A DNA stretch of 40,563 bases from a virus. Taxonomy: Duplodnaviria; Caudoviricetes. Of the stretch, positions 34,493-40,563 are shown in pieces. The position numbers were made by a program, and so were the translations under genes. How positions within the stretch are numbered: position 1 is the first letter of the stretch; each line of letters begins with the position of its first letter. Location of the stretch: positions 1-40,563 of IMG/VR virus record IMGVR_UViG_3300031965_000077; one strand, written 5' to 3'. Under the pieces are notes generated by a model. It made no database searches. It was not told the origin of the DNA and saw only the letters and a program-made list of their open reading frames with translations.

Positions 34493-34830
34493 TAGTCGAC
34501 GACCTTTCTAATTTCAGCACCAAAATAGTCAAACTCTCTTTCGGTAATAACTTTATAAACTCCGGGTTCGAGGGTTATTGTTTTGTGTTCCTCGTGGCTA
34601 ACTGTGCTGTCTTTGAGGACATTAAGATACCTAAAACCCTCAAACTCGGCAACGGCTACATTGCCGACCAGCTTATGGCTATGCCCTGTAACCTCACCTA
34701 AAGCGAGGGCGAAACTTGTTACTTTTTTACCTTTGACGGGCATTTTATCAACCCTACGGAAGGATAAATCACCATGCCTTGCTAGATTGTTTGTTTTTAG
34801 CATTTTCCCTTTCAATAACTTATTAATCAC
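34492..34830 (-). CDS. Conserved His-rich phage protein, usual partner of DUF6745-like genes
   Basis: RHGDL, LALGEVTGHSH, HEEH..I.L.PG.Y, RE.D. Confidence 0.75.
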   Translation of the reverse strand: MINKLLKGKMLKTNNLARHGDLSFRRVDKMPVKGKKVTSFALALGEVTGHSHKLVGNVAVAEFEGFRYLNVLKDSTVSHEEHKTITLEPGVYKVITEREFDYFGAEIRKVVD

Positions 34831-35081
34831 TTTTCCCTCACAATCGGCGAAACAAGCCCCTCATAATTAGCACTAAGACTCGCTCCTAGTGTCGCCATGA
34901 ACAGGAGAAACATAATGCTCCAGAAGATTCTCGCCCCTAGAGTCCATCTATAAGCCTCCTTAACCGGAGCAGGTCTTCCAGCCATTTCTTTTAAGTGCGC
35001 CTCTCTTCCTACCTTGTACCTTAGGTCGTACCCCCCGTCCTTTTTTATTCTATATACCTGATCCCCTGATTGAACAATCAT
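34827..35081 (-). CDS. Small membrane protein
   Basis: KKDG..DLRYK motif plus one TM helix. Confidence 0.55.
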   Translation of the reverse strand: MIVQSGDQVYRIKKDGGYDLRYKVGREAHLKEMAGRPAPVKEAYRWTLGARIFWSIMFLLFMATLGASLSANYEGLVSPIVREK

Positions 35082-35662
35082 TTTTCAACCTTTCCGTCAA
35101 AATTAGGTACTTCGCTTGGATCGACAATCTCCTCGCCAGGATCATAACCCTCAAAAGGGTCTTCCCCCCCAAAAAGAGCTTCCAGGTTAATCTTCTCTAT
35201 GTCTCCCACGTTCTCTTTGAACGCCTTGTGTGGGGAGGGGATAGTGCTGTACTCCGTGTCCAAACCCTCGCCAGTTCTTTTAACGGTAATATCAAACCCT
35301 TTTGGGTCGCCCCAAGCATCATCGCTAACGATGGCGTTTATAGGATTCATTATAGTAGCTTGTGTGAGTTCTAGTATCTGCACTCTTTTAGCCTTGTAGT
35401 TCCATACTGGAAAAGCCCAGAAATGCTTTGCTTCCCTTTTGGCCTCGTTTGAAAGAGCCATGAGGTCTCTGTTTCTGACTGGTTTGCCTCCTTCCCCGGC
35501 TCTGTCGCTTCTACCTACGACATCACCATTCTTATCAACCCAGTACTCCCAGCCGGTTATTGCTGAACCTAGTACTCTAAACTTATTATCCCCTTCCTCA
35601 AATCGCATATAATTGTTCTGCGTTGCCGGGGGTGTGTACCCTGTTGGCAAAAAGTTACTCAT
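35078..35662 (-). CDS. Putative single-stranded DNA-binding protein
   Basis: Y..F.EGDNK.RVL, W..PVWNY, ILE.TQ.TI, GDP..FDI.V.RTGEG.DTEY, acidic tail. Confidence 0.65.
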   Translation of the reverse strand: MSNFLPTGYTPPATQNNYMRFEEGDNKFRVLGSAITGWEYWVDKNGDVVGRSDRAGEGGKPVRNRDLMALSNEAKREAKHFWAFPVWNYKAKRVQILELTQATIMNPINAIVSDDAWGDPKGFDITVKRTGEGLDTEYSTIPSPHKAFKENVGDIEKINLEALFGGEDPFEGYDPGEEIVDPSEVPNFDGKVEK

Positions 35663-35889
35663 TATCTTATCCTCCTTGCAAAATTTTTACTCATTAAGTC
35701 TTTGGTTACGTCTTTGTCCCGGCGCTGCATACTAGCAACTCTCCCTGTGACCTCTCCGAGCACCTCTGCCCTTTTTCGTGCGTGTTCTTTATCGGACAAC
35801 CACCCAAGGTCGTGGTAGACACCAAGTGCCGCAAGTCCGTTGGGGTCTGTACCCCTAAGTCTTTTTTGTGCTAACTGGAAAAGTGTCAT
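35662..35889 (-). CDS. Hypothetical protein
   Basis: 75 aa, coupled to neighbours. Confidence 0.5.
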   Translation of the reverse strand: MTLFQLAQKRLRGTDPNGLAALGVYHDLGWLSDKEHARKRAEVLGEVTGRVASMQRRDKDVTKDLMSKNFARRIR

Positions 35890-36017
35890 CTTAGGCTTTC
35901 TGGAATGTCAAACCTTCTAAGAGCGTTTATGTATTCCACATCTAAATTAAGTGCGGTAAGTTGCATCTCCTGCAAGGAGATTACGTAATTTATTATGACT
36001 TGTGCTTTTGTAATCAT
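35886..36017 (-). CDS. 43-aa leaderless first gene of early operon (not in ORF track)
   Basis: MITKAQVIINY...PESLR; ATGA overlap downstream. Confidence 0.6.
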   Translation of the reverse strand: MITKAQVIINYVISLQEMQLTALNLDVEYINALRRFDIPESLR

Positions 36018-36052
36018 GTAGAAATACTAGCCTGTGTTGCCCGAATTGTCAA
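36018..36052 (-). promoter_or_regulatory. Sigma70-type promoter, leaderless
   Basis: TTGACA-N17-TAGTAT-N6-ATG. Confidence 0.8.
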
Positions 36053-36239
36053 GCACCTGTTCTTGTTGATCTACCGCCGTTTTTATCTTCAGGTAGGTAT
36101 CTTCCGGGACGATTCTGAGGTTATTTTTGATTCTTGAAAGATAGGAGACTGAGTACCCTAACACTTCTGAAAGCCGGGTTAGGTTCACGCCTTCAAGGAG
36201 GTCTGCGTCTTCGATGATTTTATTGGTTCTATACTTCAT
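36027..36239 (-). CDS. XRE/Cro-type HTH regulator
   Basis: NLTRLSEVLGYSVSYLSRIKN; start MKYRT lies 6 nt below TATAAG of a TTGACT-N16 promoter. Confidence 0.8.
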   Translation of the reverse strand: MKYRTNKIIEDADLLEGVNLTRLSEVLGYSVSYLSRIKNNLRIVPEDTYLKIKTAVDQQEQVLDNSGNTG

Positions 36240-36283
36240 GGGACACTTATACCACAATTACCAATATAGTCAAGATACTAAGA

Positions 36284-36361
36284 TGCCGACGGAAGCAAGG
36301 AACAAGTTCCAAGCAACCATCGGCAAGAACAAAGTATACGATACTGACTATACCTTGTCAA
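36284..36361 (-). promoter_or_regulatory. Sigma70 promoter followed directly by a 42-nt hairpin
   Basis: TTGACA-N17-TATACT; then GCCGATGG/CCGTCGGC stem, symmetric TTGCTT loops, GGAAC/GTTCC. Confidence 0.7.
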
Positions 36362-36374
36362 GCAATCTCTATTG

Positions 36375-36446
36375 TTATAAACCAAGTCTAGTCAAAATGT
36401 AGATAACACCTGCAATAATACCTGCAAATAATTCTATAAATTTCAT
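36375..36446 (-). pseudogene. Remnant of C5-cytosine DNA methyltransferase N-terminus
   Basis: MKFIELFAGI (motif I, FxGxG start) then unrelated sequence and stop after 23 aa. Confidence 0.5.
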
Positions 36447-36455
36447 ACATTGTTC

Positions 36456-36512
36456 TGATGGAGATGGCAGAATAAACTCCGCGTCCGGCATAGCCGTCAA
36501 ACTAACATCCCT
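36456..36512 (-). ncRNA. Miniature tmRNA-like RNA (tRNA-like domain only)
   Basis: AGGGATG..TTTGAC-GGC TAT GCC-GGAC-GCGGA GTTTAT TCTGC-CATCTCC-ATCA; G3:U70 pair; own promoter. Confidence 0.65.
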
Positions 36513-36547
36513 AACTTATTATAACAACTTACCGCTAAAGATTTCAA
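36513..36547 (-). promoter_or_regulatory. Promoter of mini-tmRNA-like RNA
   Basis: TTGAAA-N18-TATAAT with extended TGn; predicted +1 at 5' end of acceptor stem. Confidence 0.7.
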
Positions 36548-36692
36548 CAGGACTTTGTGTATATGGTTTTTGTGCCGGAACTTCGGGGGGAAACTTCTTA
36601 AAATACCTATCTAAAGCTACGGTTAATTCGCCCGACTTTGCTAGGCGTTGGTAATTTGATTTAATCCACTTTAGCGCTGTCTGCTGATCCAT
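36519..36692 (-). CDS. 57-aa hypothetical protein (not in ORF track)
   Basis: MDQQTALKWIKSNY...IFSGKLL, overlapping upstream gene end. Confidence 0.5.
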   Translation of the reverse strand: MDQQTALKWIKSNYQRLAKSGELTVALDRYFKKFPPEVPAQKPYTQSPVEIFSGKLL

Positions 36693-37029
36693 TTAGTTTC
36701 CAATTCAAATAAACAATAGCGTTAAGATTAAAAAGGACCCCTGCAAAATGATCCTCGTCATCCTCACCAGAGAGTGCCTGTACCATATGTCTAAAAGCCG
36801 AGGATTTGAATCTTTCCAGCTCTTCCTCAGAGTTAGCTAGTGTCCAGTTATCCCGACCATACTTTTCAGCACCGCGTGTCATAAGTTCAGCCCAACGAGT
36901 CAAAAGTTGTTCTTCATAGGGCATGGGAGCAAGACATAGATAAAAGTCGGGCTTACCGTCTTGTAAATCCCTTCTCATACCACTTGCATAGTCTATTCTT
37001 TTACCCGAATCTTTAGTCTTGTATTTCAT
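36661..37029 (-). CDS. dATP/dGTP diphosphohydrolase-domain protein (DUF5664-like)
   Basis: G..RD..DGKP, GAEKYG.DNW, SAFRH, EDH.A...FN. Confidence 0.82.
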   Translation of the reverse strand: MKYKTKDSGKRIDYASGMRRDLQDGKPDFYLCLAPMPYEEQLLTRWAELMTRGAEKYGRDNWTLANSEEELERFKSSAFRHMVQALSGEDDEDHFAGVLFNLNAIVYLNWKLNGSADSAKVD

Positions 37030-37032
37030 AAG

Positions 37033-37120
37033 TTATACACACAAGTTATCCACAATTCCAAACGGCACATTTAACCGTCAAATCAACACATCTAATAAAG
37101 TTATCCACAACCTGTCCACA
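37033..37120. promoter_or_regulatory. Cluster of four co-oriented DnaA boxes; candidate replication origin
   Basis: TTATACACA 37033, TTATCCACA 37046 and 37101, CTGTCCACA 37112; AT-rich tract at ~37150-37200. Confidence 0.7.
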
Positions 37121-37476
37121 ATGCTTTAAGACACACCTAGGGATTGCTACTAGCTTTATTATTTAATCAATTGCTTCAAACAATAATGCTAAGAAACATT
37201 AAAGCCCTTTGGCTTACATCCACCGAGGTTCTAAACTTCGGCGACTCGGACACTGTCTGGTACTTACTTATTGCAAGAGCTTCCATCTTTACCCAAGACG
37301 CTGGCTCGTTTAAGAGTACTCCCGATTCCCACTTGTTAGCAGGTGTAACAAAATGTTGAGACACTTCGTTATATCTACTTACAAATTAGCACTCCCTACT
37401 TTGGAGCGCCTTTTATTAACATCGAATCCACACCAAATTCAATCATAAATCAGATTAGCAAGGGCGCTCGTCTAAG

Positions 37477-37938
37477 TCAATACTTTCCTAGTAAATGTTG
37501 TTTTTTGTGGCAGACAGCACAGAGCCAGATCACGCTTAGCGGTTTTGTATAATCGTTGTGGTGGGCCTGAATAAATCTAGGCGACCCGCAGGACGAGCAA
37601 ACACTAGGTCTTTCCAGCACTCCTCCGTCAATAGCGGACCGAACCTTCCTGTGCGCCCTCCTTTTATCGGGGTTTTCCAAACGCCACTTTCTAGAGTAAA
37701 GTACACAGGATTTCTTATACAGCAGGTTGTCTTTTCTCCACGCCTTGTAATACGCTTTTCTTTTACTCTTATTCTTCAAATAATAGGATTTGACGTAACC
37801 CTTAAATTTAGCCTTGTTCTCTGGTTTCTCTAGCCACTTTCTGTTCCGTTCAGCCAAACAGACCTTGCAGGAGGAGCGATTGGAAACATAGAAATCTTCC
37901 GAAGTTAGATCGTCTCTGAGACAGACCTTACAAATCAT
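37477..37938 (-). CDS. HNH endonuclease with N-terminal zinc finger
   Basis: CKVC..CKVC; RAH..V..AI..G.L.RP..CSSC...AHHNDY.KPL.V.WLC..CH...H. Confidence 0.88.
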   Translation of the reverse strand: MICKVCLRDDLTSEDFYVSNRSSCKVCLAERNRKWLEKPENKAKFKGYVKSYYLKNKSKRKAYYKAWRKDNLLYKKSCVLYSRKWRLENPDKRRAHRKVRSAIDGGVLERPSVCSSCGSPRFIQAHHNDYTKPLSVIWLCAVCHKKQHLLGKY

Positions 37939-37973
37939 GAGGGTATTTTAGAACAGAAAACTATGTTTGTCAA
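37939..37973 (-). promoter_or_regulatory. Sigma70 promoter, leaderless
   Basis: TTGACA-N17-TAAAAT-N6-ATG. Confidence 0.8.
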
Positions 37974-37989
37974 CATTAGTTTGGGACTA

Positions 37990-38018
37990 TTGACATGCTA
38001 TGGGGATTTTGATAGAAT
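37990..38018 (+). promoter_or_regulatory. Divergent plus-strand sigma70 promoter
   Basis: TTGACA-N17-TAGAAT with extended TGn. Confidence 0.75.
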
Positions 38019-38024
38019 TGGCAA

Positions 38025-38124
38025 GTTACTATCCCGCTTAGAGTCACACCAACCCTAAGCACCAAGAGGACACGTAATTTTAAGAGATGGGCCTGGAGAT
38101 TGATTCCCCAGGCTCATTTCGTTT
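38025..38124 (+). ncRNA. Candidate ~100-nt small RNA
   Basis: Bounded by consensus promoter and terminator; internal GCTTAG/CTAAGC hairpin; no ORF inside. Confidence 0.5.
38084..38124. terminator. Probable bidirectional terminator hairpin
   Basis: GAGATGGGCCTGG...CCAGGCTCATTTC directly after the phosphoesterase stop. Confidence 0.7.
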
Positions 38125-38902
38125 ACATAACCTTTCCCTCATAAACCACCGCCCCGTCAACAATAGGATAGACCGTTGGGTAGGATTTTTTGCCAACAAA
38201 CTCAATCGTTGTAAATCCTTGCGCCCAGTCAGGGTTTGAGACATACCGGGGATTGGGTGGGATGTTACACAAACACCCATTCTCAATCCACCATCTCGTT
38301 ATACCTAACTGTGTTCGGAAAATCAAGGCTAACTTGTGAGAGTGTCCTTGAATCCCAGACATACCAGTTCTATCTATCATCGCATGAGCTGCGTAACCCG
38401 CTTTAATTCGAGCGAGTGTTCCGTGGTTGAACACCACATCCTTATGGTGTACGAACCTGTCGTAGGGGATAAAATCTATCCCGAAGTCCTTTAGCTGAAA
38501 GAGGTGCGGAATTGACACCACCTTCTCACCTAAAATTTCAAGATTCGCAAGTTCCGAGGCGATTCTACCAAGGTACTTTATAAGACGCTGTTCGTGGTTG
38601 CCTTCATACCAGCTAATCTTGACCTTGGGGTTGGCTTTATGGGCGATGTCGGTTATTTGTTTCAACACTTTTCGCCCTACCAATATTTCGTTTTCTAGCG
38701 TCCCATCGTCATAGGGGTCTTTGTCGTATCTACTCACGGGAGTGAAGTTGACAAAATCACCCAACAGATGGATTACATCGGGCTTATACTCTTTTATGAA
38801 TTTAAGCACGACTTCCAGACACCTCAAGCTGTGGTCTGGAACTTGAAAGTCAGACAACACTAGGTGTTTCTCCATTCCAGACCTCCGTTTTGGTTTAGTC
38901 AT
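38123..38902 (-). CDS. Calcineurin-like metallophosphoesterase
   Basis: LSDFQVP, LGDFVN, EGNHE, NHG, GHSH. Confidence 0.9.
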   Translation of the reverse strand: MTKPKRRSGMEKHLVLSDFQVPDHSLRCLEVVLKFIKEYKPDVIHLLGDFVNFTPVSRYDKDPYDDGTLENEILVGRKVLKQITDIAHKANPKVKISWYEGNHEQRLIKYLGRIASELANLEILGEKVVSIPHLFQLKDFGIDFIPYDRFVHHKDVVFNHGTLARIKAGYAAHAMIDRTGMSGIQGHSHKLALIFRTQLGITRWWIENGCLCNIPPNPRYVSNPDWAQGFTTIEFVGKKSYPTVYPIVDGAVVYEGKVM

Positions 38903-38976
38903 AGTTTTGTGTACAAATTAAATGTACATACCGGCGTACTACCGGTAGGCAGGTCTCTCTCCTTTAGAAAGACCTG

Positions 38977-39171
38977 TCAGTTGTGGAAGTAGAAGCCTGA
39001 ATAGGAAAGCGTCAAGATAGCGTTTCCTTTTTCACGAATCGAGTCCAAAAACTCGTTCATAAACTCCATAGCTTCCCACTCATCTCTTGCGTAAAGCTCC
39101 GCTTCTCCGCTTGTGCGTTGCCCTCCGCTAACTGGATGGTACGAATATGTAACAACCAGTTTGTACTTCAT
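38977..39171 (-). CDS. Hypothetical protein
   Basis: 64 aa, strong GGAGG RBS. Confidence 0.65.
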   Translation of the reverse strand: MKYKLVVTYSYHPVSGGQRTSGEAELYARDEWEAMEFMNEFLDSIREKGNAILTLSYSGFYFHN

Positions 39172-39182
39172 GTTGGCCTCCC

Positions 39183-39254
39183 TTAGTAGTCTAGCCAGTC
39201 AAAGAGAAGCATCCCGCAAAACACCCCAAAGATGAAGATTAGGATTTTTCTCAC
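39183..39254 (-). CDS. 23-aa hydrophobic peptide (not in ORF track)
   Basis: AAAGGAGG-N5-GTG; RKILIFIFGVFCGMLLFDWLDY. Confidence 0.55.
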   Translation of the reverse strand: MRKILIFIFGVFCGMLLFDWLDY

Positions 39255-39321
39255 AACAGCCTCCTTTGTTAGAGTGCCAAATCCTACCCACGATGAGACG
39301 CCGTAGGCAGGGTTCAATACT

Positions 39322-39540
39322 CTAAAAACGTGTCAAACCGCGTGTAAGAGACTCATTTTCCGTTTCTTTCCCAAGCAAGTGTAGGTATTTGTCAACAAAT
39401 CTTAGAAGTGCAATTAACCCGGAAATGCCGACAAGCCTCCAGTCCACCGCTCCCGCGCTTAGCCCATCTATAACAACGGGAATCGCTGCAAGTAGCGAGA
39501 CTCTTAATCCTTCTATTAGTGCTTCTTGTAAAATGCCCAT
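39322..39540 (-). CDS. Holin-like membrane protein
   Basis: Two hydrophobic segments, VDWR, LRFVDKYLH...GLTRF; just downstream of endolysin. Confidence 0.65.
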   Translation of the reverse strand: MGILQEALIEGLRVSLLAAIPVVIDGLSAGAVDWRLVGISGLIALLRFVDKYLHLLGKETENESLTRGLTRF

Positions 39541-39545
39541 ATTTT

Positions 39546-40385
39546 TCACCGCCCTATCAGAAAGTAAATAAATGCTCTCCATCTGCTGTATGTCTGAAGA
39601 TTACCATCCGCTTGTTTTCTTAATTTCTCGTTCTCCGCTTCTTGTGAGCGTTTTTCCTTAGAAAGACGTTCTGTAGCAGTCCCCAGAGCTTCATTTTTGC
39701 CCCTAATTTCAATTATATCCCCTTTTAGGGTATCTGCCTCTACTTTTAACTCGGCGCCCGTTATACGCTCGTTTTTTAACTCTAAAGCATAAGAGGCGTT
39801 TTGTTCGTTTGCCAAAGAGAGGTTTTTGGTAAGTTGTTCAACCTGGGTATCTTTTGCTTCCATATCAGTAGCGTACTTGTCCTTCATTTCTTCGTACTTG
39901 TCGTCTTTATCCTGTCTCTCCTGTAGGGCTTTGTTTCTCTCGTCTATTGCAACAGCAAGTTTCTTCTCGCAATCATCATCGGTTTCGATTTTAGGTGTAA
40001 TCCAACCAATAACTCCGTTCCAGTTGGTTCTTGTTGCGGTCTTTGGGGCTGAACCTAGAGGAAGATTTTGCTCAAATATTGTGTAGGAATCCTTCACAGG
40101 GTCAGACTTAACTATAATTCCTGTGTGTCCAAATCCACCACCCCATGTTTTATCAAAGAACATAATATCCCCGGCCTTAGGGTACTTTGTGAGACTGTTT
40201 GGTGTCTTAAACCACTCAAGTTCAGAGGCGTTGTAATAGATATCACGGGCATTTCCCCAAATATGAGAAAGCCCCAAGTCCTTGATGTAAACCATGACAA
40301 GCCCAACACACTCGCCCTTATTAACGTCAGTATTACCTACGTTTCTAACCCCTGTGTATTTTTTGATAAATTCTTGTAAAGTCAT
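39546..40385 (-). CDS. Endolysin: CHAP domain plus long coiled coil
   Basis: GECVGLV..Y, GNA, P.AGDI, GHTGI, FEQN, GWI.P; heptad C-terminal half. Confidence 0.88.
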   Translation of the reverse strand: MTLQEFIKKYTGVRNVGNTDVNKGECVGLVMVYIKDLGLSHIWGNARDIYYNASELEWFKTPNSLTKYPKAGDIMFFDKTWGGGFGHTGIIVKSDPVKDSYTIFEQNLPLGSAPKTATRTNWNGVIGWITPKIETDDDCEKKLAVAIDERNKALQERQDKDDKYEEMKDKYATDMEAKDTQVEQLTKNLSLANEQNASYALELKNERITGAELKVEADTLKGDIIEIRGKNEALGTATERLSKEKRSQEAENEKLRKQADGNLQTYSRWRAFIYFLIGR

Positions 40386-40563
40386 ATCTACCTGCCTTTA
40401 TACTTACCCATCGTTTTTTCCCCAATACCACCTATTGCTTGGTGATTTGTTCTACTAAAGTAAAATCCAATAACCAAGAAGAATGCGTTTCGAAGCTCCT
40501 GATTCTCAATCCCCGCAACTCCGCTGTATATTACAGCAAAAGTAATACCCAAAGCAATACTAG
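40132..40563. repeat. Right copy of terminal overlap (contains holin 3' end and endolysin 5' end)
   Basis: Aligns to 1..432. Confidence 0.95.

Noticed and set aside
36456-36490. attP site for integration into ssrA
   Set aside because: No integrase seen, the T arm is diverged, and the element also has the tmRNA 5' end and a promoter; remains a fallback explanation
36661-37029. 2-aminoadenine or 7-deazaguanine DNA system implied by the dATP/dGTP diphosphohydrolase
   Set aside because: No PurZ, DpdA, Que/FolE genes or phage polymerase recognised
266-40379. Plus-strand ORFs in the supplied track
   Set aside because: Nearly all are antisense to well-supported, tightly packed minus-strand genes and lack motifs or RBSs
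1-40563. Stop-codon reassignment
   Set aside because: Standard code gives full-length TerL, portal, capsid and tail genes with dense packing; TGA, TAG and TAA all serve as stops

Overview
Apparently complete (~40.1 kb, circularly permuted) genome of a podovirus-like tailed phage; the ends overlap (1..432 vs 40132..40563). Essentially all genes lie on the minus strand. In transcription order: lysis genes (CHAP endolysin, holin-like proteins), metallophosphoesterase, HNH, a non-coding control region (DnaA boxes, several promoter-flanked small RNAs including a miniature tmRNA-like element), an HTH regulator, an early/accessory block (SSB-like, DUF6745-like, SLT, NinG, small shuffled genes, a tRNA-like RNA), terminase/portal/scaffold/major capsid, a ~10 kb separately promoted sugar-modification operon (five glycosyltransferase genes, two SDR epimerases, two methyltransferases, a plant-type UDP-arabinopyranose mutase homologue, a ParB-like protein), then tail, ejection and fibre-like genes. 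I recognise no integrase, polymerase, helicase, primase or replication initiator. A Patescibacteria/CPR-type host is my impression from gene style only and is untested. All family calls come from motifs read by eye, not from database searches.
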